Positions 28,001 through 35,371 of a stretch of DNA of 59,674 bases are shown piece after piece. The notes beneath the pieces are model-generated. The model saw only the letters and a list, made by a program, of their open reading frames with translations. It made no database searches and was not told the DNA's origin. The translations under genes were made by a program, and so were the position numbers. Positions within the stretch are counted from its first letter, which is position 1; each line of letters opens with the position of its first letter. Origin of the DNA: a bacterium (lineage in GTDB: Bacteria > UBP14 > UBA6098 > B30-G16); NCBI GenBank assembly GCA_021159335.1, contig JAGGRZ010000085.1, positions 1 through 59,674 on the forward strand, in the 5' to 3' direction.

Positions 28001-28533
28001 AACGGGTCAGCAGCATCGATTCGCCACAAGTCGAAATATCTCATCGAGCGGTAGATGCCGTAGCCCATGATTGAGGAGGCCGAGTCAATGGTTCGTTGCC
28101 AGGTTATCTGAACATAAGTGTCAACGCCCGTAACGCAATGTGCGACATCGAGAAACGGAACGGGTGCCGGCGGGTTAATGTCGTGAACTATCGTCAGCGG
28201 GTCTGACCAGTCAGAGGTATCGGAACCGTAAAGAGCACGAACATAATATTCAAACACCTCTCCATCCTGTGCGCCCGTGAAAACGAAACTGTCCTGCGAC
28301 ATAAATATAGTCATCATCTCCATTGTCGGGCGCGCACTCACCACATGGCGCCAGAACTGATACCTCGTCCCCGCTGGATTAGACGCACACGCCGGGCTTA
28401 CTTTTATTACTATCGAGCTGTAAGGAGCTATGTGATAGCCCGGGTCGGATATAGCTGCGCAAAGTGGCGGCGGTGTTTGCGCCAGCAAAACACCCCACAA
28501 CGCAACCACCGTTATTAACACGATTCTTCTCAT
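25078..28533 (-). CDS. Giant (1151 aa) secreted Fn3-like multi-domain surface protein with T9SS-type C-terminal sorting domain
   Basis: Signal peptide MRRIVLITVVALWGVLLAQ. Repeated Fn3-type motifs are present (YGIYRS, YHIYRSNSPG; YYYTVVPYDSAG, YYYLVVVIDSLN, YYFRVWARDAIGNTS, YYTILVSDNFGNTT, YFHIATIDPWGNES). The tail reads AYPNPFNATAIIELEIP..VCILDINGRVI..FVWDGKDEAGNELPSGVYFVR. Confidence 0.8.
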   Translation of the reverse strand: MRRIVLITVVALWGVLLAQTPPPLCAAISDPGYHIAPYSSIVIKVSPACASNPAGTRYQFWRHVVSARPTMEMMTIFMSQDSFVFTGAQDGEVFEYYVRALYGSDTSDWSDPLTIVHDINPPAPVPFLDVAHCVTGVDTYVQITWQRTIDSASSIMGYGIYRSMRYFDLWRIDAADPFLAFIPNDGSEIYYYIDNDVIYGRTYYYTVVPYDSAGVPVFVRGHHPLTGNPIKMARLIGPGFCETPICAILMPPPHWITRPSFTVYTDHTMCHPRPGIMYQYRQIDETTGDTLTSVWTVAPSYNWLTRDCHTYTFGVRAKLDTTVSDWSYQVPAVCDIGAPGCVDSLVATLSEAGIDVHFYVSDERALDCGSGVKCYKLFRFTDDELSSFFPVDTGDTRHLLYTFCPDSYKLNADYRYFDFASGLADDETYYYLVVVIDSLNQYSYCGRGMDSVIVDKITAAPMLIPLPTWSPGTGVTLSIVDTSHCDIVDIYIDVASSPDFTVDFTTIGPLDIHDPSLHNPDDHICEDWDTLKYYIGGLDEAQYYFRVWARDAIGNTSVYSNVVNTRFDNTPPAPTAVDSLHSYAKCTNELVIKLWFSPSTDAGVGVGQYHIYRSNSPGALGTEIGTINHNPFISVYTFVDESPNPGHNFRDNYYTILVSDNFGNTTTSGVQRGFSSETPPYPVRIDSVRTEYESGEMWLIVYWSDTTPSSYGTGGLGNMYRLQHSADSSWLCTGDPLLVKTEPLTFEHYMRLPRSIIIGSPVRYFHIATIDPWGNESGYSEPIAFFDSSWYTDSVVMHLYRGWNMISLPLLPRNTNVRDIFPSLIPGNCYTFNPVTRTYESVTNLRVGVGYWVLSRSDHYVMLRGYHIPEYIRTLEGAGYHMIGGISDTADFEVTPNGALARRLLSWWNPTIGRNGGYEDSDILVPGRGYFILLDSTATIHVPAGGARKSIIPESEVAVLNFEGQKLKLNTDGIDLPMPPPVFEVSLPHIVGENGEMLMWGSSNDGHWTIEVPESYNLTIEKLPKGHWQLSGPFGEQELAEGMSLSLKAGKYEVYYEYVPDKFVARAYPNPFNATAIIELEIPRRDNINVCILDINGRVIRNIYSGEVSQGVAKFVWDGKDEAGNELPSGVYFVRTLGTKFGSISRIVMVR

Positions 28534-28620
28534 AAGATTATCCCCCTTTATTCTTCCAAAATTCCATTCTATACAAGTTTCTATAAACTAACTCACAACT
28601 TCTGTTATTCAAGAGAAAAA

Positions 28621-29805
28621 TCATGATTTCTCCGATTTATGTTCGCCTACTTTTGAGAAAATATCGGTAGCAGTAAGTACCGAATTTGCATATTTTTTAT
28701 AATTCGCCATATACTTTCTCTTAACAGGTGGTTCAGCAGGAAACGCATATTTTTCCGGATTAACATATTTTCCTTTTACCTTAACCCTATAGTCAAGATG
28801 AGGACCTGTAGCAAGTCCAGTTGCTCCAACATAGCCTATAACCTGACCTCGACGAACCCTTACTCCTTTCCTTATGCCGCGTGCAAAACGAGATAAATGC
28901 CCGTATGATGTCTCTATTCCATTGTCATGTTTTATTTTTATGAAATTCCCGAAACCACGAGCCCATCCCGCAAACACAACAACACCATTGCCCGAGGACA
29001 CCACAGGGGTGCCCTTGGGAGCTACATAGTCAACACCCAAATGGGGAAGATAACGCTTAAGTATGGGATGAAATCTATGCGTCGAAAAGTGAGAACTTAT
29101 GCGACGATAATTAAGCGGCGCCTTAAGCAAGGATTTTTTCATCGACTTGCCAGCCAGGTCAAAATACCCCGCTCTGCCGTCGGGGTCCTCATAGTAAATT
29201 GCCACAAACTTTTTCTTTCTGGTCTCATACATTGCAGCAAGAACACGCCCCACCCCGACTACCTCATCACCAAAGTATTGTTTTTCATACAATATCTTGA
29301 ATTTATGACCATCCCTGGTATCAGTAACAAAATCGAAATCGTATGCCAAAACATCGGTGAACCTTAATATTGCTTCCGGTTCGACACCAGCCTTGATCAT
29401 GGATTCCCAAAGTGTATGCTTCACAACACCGCTCGCAGCGCAAACAACCTTAACCAGCGGTATCGTGTCTTTGAGAACGAGTATGCTATCTCTCCCACGC
29501 TTTATTATGTATCGTTCCCATCGAGAGCGTCTTAGCTCAAAATACTCGAACGATGTATCGCTGCCGTAACGAACTTCGTAGCCATCGCCCGGTCGAAGTT
29601 TCCTCAGGTCAAAGACCTTATTAAGATTTACAGATATTAGATTGACTATTTTCATCGGAACACCATGTTCAACCAGCGCCAGTGATAATGGCTGATTGTC
29701 AGCAATTCTTCCCGCAGCCAAGCAACTCATTGCAATGCTTGATTCTGCTGTAACAACCAGCATTAAAACCACCATCCAGAAAACATTTTTAATTCCCCGT
29801 CCCAT
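28621..29805 (-). CDS. M23 family metallopeptidase (murein DD-endopeptidase-like) with N-terminal membrane anchor
   Basis: PHLGVDYVAPKGTPV, ETSYGHLSRFARGIRKGVRVRRGQVIGYVGATGLATGPHLDYRV (HxxxD and HLH-type motifs). The start lies 3 nt after the upstream gene's stop. Confidence 0.9.
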   Translation of the reverse strand: MGRGIKNVFWMVVLMLVVTAESSIAMSCLAAGRIADNQPLSLALVEHGVPMKIVNLISVNLNKVFDLRKLRPGDGYEVRYGSDTSFEYFELRRSRWERYIIKRGRDSILVLKDTIPLVKVVCAASGVVKHTLWESMIKAGVEPEAILRFTDVLAYDFDFVTDTRDGHKFKILYEKQYFGDEVVGVGRVLAAMYETRKKKFVAIYYEDPDGRAGYFDLAGKSMKKSLLKAPLNYRRISSHFSTHRFHPILKRYLPHLGVDYVAPKGTPVVSSGNGVVVFAGWARGFGNFIKIKHDNGIETSYGHLSRFARGIRKGVRVRRGQVIGYVGATGLATGPHLDYRVKVKGKYVNPEKYAFPAEPPVKRKYMANYKKYANSVLTATDIFSKVGEHKSEKS

Positions 29806-29807
29806 TT

Positions 29808-31226
29808 TTATCTTGATGCCTTACTCAGTCGAATTTCGTTCTCGAATGTTTTCAACTCAAAAAAATACACCTCAGCATCGGGTGATTCCCAGCTTTTAGC
29901 GGGCAATCCAGCCTGGATACATGCTCTTTCAAGCCTTGCCTTTGCGGGAAGGTCGTTTTCTTCCCATGGCATTATTATACCATCTCTGCCGCCAAGGCGA
30001 ACATATATCCCGAGATTCCTGGACGACTCCACTTTACAGTCAACCATTCGCGCAAGCCCCAGCCTAAGCGTTATCTCGCCGCCTTCCCTCATAAAATTCG
30101 ATACCAGCTTATTCTGGGACTTTATTGAATTCACAATGTTTCTAAGCATTACTTCCGCCGGCATTGCAGGGAACAGACTCCCCACTCTCGCTACCATCCT
30201 GTTATTCTTTTCTATCGTCACAAAAATCCCACACCTTACATTAGCAACCTCATCGGGCAATCTTGGGGGCGCCTCCTCCAAAAGAAGAGCTTTTGTGTAT
30301 TCCCAAAGCACATCACCCAAACTATAGATATCAACTTGCTTGTGGCGAACTTTTCTTCCGGGAAGGGCTCGACTTTTTACCCATACCATAGCTGCCATGG
30401 ACACAGCTCTTCGAGCCGGAAAGCCATAATTGGCAAATTTCTTTAAAAGGATTGCGCTATCAGCTCCAAGCTGTCTTAGAAGTTTAAGCCCAAAAAGAAC
30501 TGCCCAATACGATGAAAGGCCCACATCACCCGACTCATGGGCTTTCTTAAGCCCACTCACATTCAGCCTTAGAAGCATTTTTAAAGATTTGTTGGCGAGC
30601 CCATCAACGCATTTATCAGCGGAGGACTCAGCGAGATTGGACGCTATGATAACCAATGGCTTTCTGCCCGAGATAGCTTTAGCACAAGAGCGAGCAATAA
30701 AATCCATATTGTGAATGTTGTTTCGCCCGACGACAAACACGAGAATAGGTTTTGAGTGAAACACATACTGAACGAATGGAAGCGAATACCAAAAACCCTT
30801 TGTTGGACACTCCTTTGTTGGGTAAAGAGTTAAAGTTTTCCTTAAAATTTCATGCGCAAGAACAGAATCTGTGAGCACAGTTCCGAGTGGGGTAGCAAAC
30901 CGCTTTCCCATAACGATATTGACCCCCTCGTGACCTTCAGGAGCGCTTACGACAAACACTATGAGGTCTTTATCAGCATGCATTATCGAACTGAAAGCGG
31001 CACCAAGAACAATACCAGAAAAAACATAACTTTCCTCTGGAACCAGAATTCCCAGTGGTTCGTCAAAACTAAATTGTGTATGGGAATTTTTTACAAAAGA
31101 GGATACTTCATCCCACAAAACTTTGGGATCAGAGGGGAAAAGCCCTTCAGAAACACAATATTCGCTTTCTTTTCCGGCCCCGAAAGATAAACTTAAAATA
31201 ACGAGGACTGAAAATAAGTATTTCAA
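29808..31226 (-). CDS. Exported Memo-like / AMMECR1-like fusion protein with degenerate catalytic motifs
   Basis: TTG start with a GGAGGT SD; signal peptide MKYLFSVLVILSLSFGAG. The N-terminal half follows the Memo pattern (GLFPSDPKVL, GILVPEESYVFSG, FATPLGTV). The C-terminal half follows AMMECR1 (CGIFVTIEKN, GIYVRLGGRDGIIMPWEE, CIQAGLPAKSW). The conserved His and Cys positions are substituted. Confidence 0.6.
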   Translation of the reverse strand: MKYLFSVLVILSLSFGAGKESEYCVSEGLFPSDPKVLWDEVSSFVKNSHTQFSFDEPLGILVPEESYVFSGIVLGAAFSSIMHADKDLIVFVVSAPEGHEGVNIVMGKRFATPLGTVLTDSVLAHEILRKTLTLYPTKECPTKGFWYSLPFVQYVFHSKPILVFVVGRNNIHNMDFIARSCAKAISGRKPLVIIASNLAESSADKCVDGLANKSLKMLLRLNVSGLKKAHESGDVGLSSYWAVLFGLKLLRQLGADSAILLKKFANYGFPARRAVSMAAMVWVKSRALPGRKVRHKQVDIYSLGDVLWEYTKALLLEEAPPRLPDEVANVRCGIFVTIEKNNRMVARVGSLFPAMPAEVMLRNIVNSIKSQNKLVSNFMREGGEITLRLGLARMVDCKVESSRNLGIYVRLGGRDGIIMPWEENDLPAKARLERACIQAGLPAKSWESPDAEVYFFELKTFENEIRLSKASR

Positions 31227-31366
31227 GGCTACCTCCGTTTATGCCGACCCTATAGCATATTTTTGGTAGCCCTCCTTTTTAAAGTTTCAGTCTAAAATCA
31301 AATCCTTAATAAATCTATTTTTGACATGATGTCAAGAAGATTTTGAAATTATTTTAAACAAACTAA

Positions 31367-31996
31367 TTATTTTATTTCTTTTTCGGCTTTTTGCCTCATT
31401 CTATCTTTTATTTCAAGCCAAGCTCTCATAGCTTGAACCCTTAATTCCATAAAATCGCCGTTGTTTTTGACCACAATGGTTTGTTTTGGGAAAAACTCCT
31501 TAAAAAGCTCCTCATGAACCTCTATTCGTCGCTCAGCTTCATCCTGTGGCAGACCTCTTTGCCTCACAAGCCTATTCATCCTCTGCCATCGTGGCGCATC
31601 CACAACGAGAACAAGGTCCATAAGTTTTACTATGTCCCACTTGGGAAGCAGAGCTGCATCTATAACCACAATCCCGGGAAAACCGCTCTCCTGAAGTTCG
31701 AGAATTTGCTCCTTAATTATGTCGACCAATGGCTTTTGAATAATGTCATTTAGCGCCTCAAGCCTTGATATGTCCGAAAAAACTATCGCACCAAGTTTTT
31801 CGCGGTCAATCTTGCCCTTATCGGTTAAAATCTCGTCTCCGAATTCCTCAATGATCCGTTTCTTTATGTCAGGCCTCTCAAGAAGTTGATGCCCTATCTT
31901 GTCAGCATCTATGAGATAAGCCCCCATTTCTTTGTACATTTTTGCGACAGATGTCTTGCCAGAGGCTATTGGGCCTGTTATTCCCACAAGATACAT
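31367..31996 (-). CDS. coaE: Dephospho-CoA kinase
   Basis: MYLVGITGPIASGKTSV P-loop and LIDADKIGH motif. The ORF track begins 16 codons upstream, but ATG 31996 is preceded by a GGGGGT SD and matches the family N-terminus. Confidence 0.9.
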   Translation of the reverse strand: MYLVGITGPIASGKTSVAKMYKEMGAYLIDADKIGHQLLERPDIKKRIIEEFGDEILTDKGKIDREKLGAIVFSDISRLEALNDIIQKPLVDIIKEQILELQESGFPGIVVIDAALLPKWDIVKLMDLVLVVDAPRWQRMNRLVRQRGLPQDEAERRIEVHEELFKEFFPKQTIVVKNNGDFMELRVQAMRAWLEIKDRMRQKAEKEIK

Positions 31997-32090
31997 TCCT
32001 ACCCCCTTAAGCTTAAATTTAAACAAATATATGCAATAGAACAAAGCTAATCAAGGCACGATTGATGCAAAACAAAAATTAACCAAAAAC

Positions 32091-33038
32091 CTAATTGTTG
32101 CTTTGCTTTTCAGAAGACTTTTTTGGTGTCTTTTTCGCCTCAGCCTGCTTTTTCTTGATCTCATCAAGAAGCGCTTTGGTCTCATCAGGGTTAGTGGGCA
32201 CGGCGGCGGGCAAACCCTTATTAGCCTTCATAACATCGGGGAATTTATTAAGAATAACTTTAGTTGGACACACCATTATACATATCCCACATGCATCACA
32301 TTTATCATAGTCAATTTCGGCAAGGTTGTTTACAACTTTGATAGCCTGATTTGGACAATTTTTCTGGCACAGGAAACAGCTTATACACCCTGTTTCGCAT
32401 GCCTTCCTCACGAAAACGCCGGGGTCTTTTGAGTTGCAGGCAACAAAAACTGGCTGGCTTTTAGGAACAAGCTTCATAACACCAGTGGGACACACATCGA
32501 CACATATTCCGCACCCTGTGCACTTATCAAAATCTGTTACAGGCACCCCCAAAGGTCCCATCGAGAGCGCATCAAATGGACACGCCTCAACACATGTTCC
32601 AAGTCCAATACAGCCATATGAGCAAAGTTTTGGACCACCCCCCATAACCATGGCAGCGCGGCAATCCTCTATCCCATCATATTCGTATTTGTCCTTAGCC
32701 CTTACACCGCCGCTACAAGCGGCAACGGCAACCATGGGCTCAACCTCGCCAACCTCAACGCCGAGAATGGCGGCTATCTTTTCCGCAACACTCTGCCCTC
32801 CAACTGGACATCCTGTAACGGGCACCTCACCAGCAACAACAGCTTTGGCAAATCCTGAACAGCCAGGGTAACCACATGCACCACAATTCGCATTAGGAAG
32901 AATTTCCAGAACTTTCTCAACCCGTGGGTCAACCTCGACAGCAAACTTTTTTGCTGCCAGAGCAAGACCTATTCCAAAAATAAGCCCAAAAAATGCTAAC
33001 TCTATTATTGAACCCCAGAATACATATTCCATCTCCAT
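32091..33038 (-). CDS. rnfB: Rnf electron-transport complex subunit B (polyferredoxin)
   Basis: N-terminal TM helix, CGACGYPGCSGFA motif and several CxxCxxCxxxCP 4Fe-4S motifs. The second ATG (33032) is an alternative start. Lys-rich C-terminal tail. Confidence 0.9.
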   Translation of the reverse strand: MEMEYVFWGSIIELAFFGLIFGIGLALAAKKFAVEVDPRVEKVLEILPNANCGACGYPGCSGFAKAVVAGEVPVTGCPVGGQSVAEKIAAILGVEVGEVEPMVAVAACSGGVRAKDKYEYDGIEDCRAAMVMGGGPKLCSYGCIGLGTCVEACPFDALSMGPLGVPVTDFDKCTGCGICVDVCPTGVMKLVPKSQPVFVACNSKDPGVFVRKACETGCISCFLCQKNCPNQAIKVVNNLAEIDYDKCDACGICIMVCPTKVILNKFPDVMKANKGLPAAVPTNPDETKALLDEIKKKQAEAKKTPKKSSEKQSNN

Positions 33039-33091
33039 CTCCTCCGCACATTATTTAGAAAGCCAGTTCCAGCTGGCTCTTTACATTTGGC

Positions 33092-33742
33092 TCAAATTTT
33101 GAACCCAGAAAATCCCAAAAATGCCATGGACATAAGCATAGCGACAAAGAACGCTATAGGCAATCCTTGAAGTGGCTTCGGAATGTCAGATAGTTCAAGC
33201 CGCTCACGAATACCACTCATAAGAAGCAGTGCTATCGTAAATCCAATTCCAGCTGAGAAACCATGAACAACGCTCTCAATGAAATTAAGATGCATCGTCA
33301 TCGTGTTAAGCTCAGCTACACCCAGAACTGCGCAATTAGTGGTTATAAGCGGAAGATATATCCCTAATGCTTCGTAAAGTGTTGGCGATGTCTTCTGAAT
33401 TATCATCTCGATGAGCTGGACGAATGTCGCGATAACTATTATGAAAGCTATTGTCTCAAGGTATGAGAGGTCAAAATTCTGTGGCGTAACCTTGGCGCCC
33501 AAAGCTTTGAAAACAAGATATAAAACATTCGACTTTGTGGGCAGGAGGAAGTAAGTCCAGACTATCCATGTTATCGCGGAAGACATAGTCATGACGAAAA
33601 TGACCGCAAATCCCATTCCGAGCGCTGTCTCAGTTTTTTTAGAAACCCCCATATAAGGGCACAGTCCGAGAAATCGAGATAAAACGAAATTGTTAATGAA
33701 AATAGCACTTATAGCGAGCATTATGAGCTTCGAGACTTCCAT
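33092..33742 (-). CDS. rnfA: Rnf electron-transport complex subunit A
   Basis: INNFVLSRFLGLCPYMGVS signature in a six-helix membrane protein of 216 aa. Confidence 0.9.
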   Translation of the reverse strand: MEVSKLIMLAISAIFINNFVLSRFLGLCPYMGVSKKTETALGMGFAVIFVMTMSSAITWIVWTYFLLPTKSNVLYLVFKALGAKVTPQNFDLSYLETIAFIIVIATFVQLIEMIIQKTSPTLYEALGIYLPLITTNCAVLGVAELNTMTMHLNFIESVVHGFSAGIGFTIALLLMSGIRERLELSDIPKPLQGLPIAFFVAMLMSMAFLGFSGFKI

Positions 33743-34128
33743 TATTCTCCTCCGGCCAGATCATTTATCTTCGACTCCACAAAATCAACAATCTTTCTCC
33801 CATATTCAACCGCTATCAAAGCCTGCCCGAACGAAACGCTTGGCTCCTCAGTGCCGGCATCAAAACCCACGGGGTAGATGGTAGGGTCAAAAATATCTTC
33901 AATAACTTTAGCATAGTTAATTATCTCGATGTTATCGGTGAATTTGGCCAGCCTGCGCTGTAGCGATTCGCCAAAATTTTCCTGACCCGCTGCTCTCTCA
34001 AGTTCAGCTATGGCTTTATTTACCGCCATCTCAACCATATTCACCGCCTCGTATTTCTCGCCTTTTTCAACCATTAAAGCCGCAGTCTCCAAAAGTTCCT
34101 TAGCCTCCTCAAGCATGACCACCATCAA
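33742..34128 (-). CDS. Small soluble helical protein, HEPN-like fold (no catalytic Rx4-6H), embedded in the rnf operon
   Basis: 128-aa acidic helical ORF. Its start overlaps the rnfE stop (TTGATG) and its stop overlaps the rnfA start (TAATG). Its last codons (GGAGGAGAA) form the SD for rnfA. The pattern EEAKELLETAALMVEKGEKYEAVNMVEMAVNKAIAEL ... DPTIYP ... FGQALIAVEYGRKIVDFV resembles HEPN domains. Confidence 0.4.
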   Translation of the reverse strand: MMVVMLEEAKELLETAALMVEKGEKYEAVNMVEMAVNKAIAELERAAGQENFGESLQRRLAKFTDNIEIINYAKVIEDIFDPTIYPVGFDAGTEEPSVSFGQALIAVEYGRKIVDFVESKINDLAGGE

Positions 34129-34736
34129 CTTTTGCTAAGAAGTTGCTTCAGCCACAAAAACACCCCCAGCGTCATGAAACCACCGGGCGGCAAAATAAGC
34201 ATCAACGCCGGTGGATACCCAGCGCCCATAACATTTATAGTTACCGGCCCAAAAAGCATGGGGAAACCAATCGTGAGAGTTCCGCTGCCTATAATTTCAC
34301 GCACAGTGCCCATAAGGAACAAGACTATAGTAAATCCTATTCCCATTCCCAGACCATCGAGAATAGAAGGCAAAACACCTCTTTTGCTTGCGAATGCCTC
34401 AGCTCTGCCAAGAATTATGCAGTTTACCACAATCAAAGGCACAAAAATGCCAAGCTGCTTGGACAATCCTGGTGTGTAACCCGCCATGACAAGCTTAACA
34501 ATCGTGACAAACGACGCGATAACAGTTATGAAAATCGGTATTCGAATTCTTTTGGGAACTGTCTTCCTTATGAGCGAGACTATAAGGTTCGACATGGTCA
34601 AAACGAATATAACAGCTATTCCCATACCTATCCCGTTGTAGGCCGTAGTGCTAACGGCAAGAGTAGGACAAAGTCCGAGCGCTAAAACAAGAACAGGATT
34701 TTCCTTAATTATGCCTTTTGTGAATTCCTTAAGCAT
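34125..34736 (-). CDS. rnfE: Rnf electron-transport complex subunit E
   Basis: ENPVLVLALGLCPTLAVS signature in a polytopic membrane protein of 203 aa. Confidence 0.9.
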   Translation of the reverse strand: MLKEFTKGIIKENPVLVLALGLCPTLAVSTTAYNGIGMGIAVIFVLTMSNLIVSLIRKTVPKRIRIPIFITVIASFVTIVKLVMAGYTPGLSKQLGIFVPLIVVNCIILGRAEAFASKRGVLPSILDGLGMGIGFTIVLFLMGTVREIIGSGTLTIGFPMLFGPVTINVMGAGYPPALMLILPPGGFMTLGVFLWLKQLLSKS

Positions 34737-34759
34737 TGCTTACTCCTTGGTTCTTTAGC

Positions 34760-35371
34760 TCAAGTCTGCTTGCTCGAAGTATCTGTTGTGTCTTCACCCT
34801 CATGTTCAACTTCAGAAGGCAACGGGAGCGCATCTTTATTATCCATAAGTTTCTTTACCACCGCTTCCACAGCTCCTGTAACAGTCCTTGAAGATATGGT
34901 CGCGCCAGTTATCGATTTTATATCGCCGCCATCCTTATCCACCTTAAGTTGTTCGATAGATTTGCCCGCGAACTGCTTCTGGAACCAATCGTCAACCACA
35001 TGTGTTCCCAATCCGGGAGTTTCATTCTGCGAAAGAACCCTAATTCCCGTAAGGGTAAAGTCGGGCAGTATGCCAACCATAACCTTAACATTGCTCGAAA
35101 AACCGTATTTCATCCCTATCGAAGCAAAACCTACTGCTTCACTTTTCGACGAATCTTTATAACCGACGAAAACTATTGTGCTGTCGGGCAGCGTTATTTC
35201 ATCAAAAAACTTAGCTTCTTCTGGCATAACGCTTATAAGCGCTTCCTTCTGGGCAAGTCTTTCCTGCTCCTCTATTCGAGGCTTAGTTTTAGTATAGATG
35301 AACCCGAGAAGTAGCCCTGCTATAGCAGTGTAAATCATCAATGTTAATCCCAATTTGGCAATCTGCTTCAC
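34760..35371 (-). CDS. rnfG: Rnf electron-transport complex subunit G (FMN-binding)
   Basis: N-terminal anchor, FMN attachment motif ITGATISSRTVTGAV. The start overlaps the rnfD stop. Confidence 0.88.
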   Translation of the reverse strand: MKQIAKLGLTLMIYTAIAGLLLGFIYTKTKPRIEEQERLAQKEALISVMPEEAKFFDEITLPDSTIVFVGYKDSSKSEAVGFASIGMKYGFSSNVKVMVGILPDFTLTGIRVLSQNETPGLGTHVVDDWFQKQFAGKSIEQLKVDKDGGDIKSITGATISSRTVTGAVEAVVKKLMDNKDALPLPSEVEHEGEDTTDTSSKQT

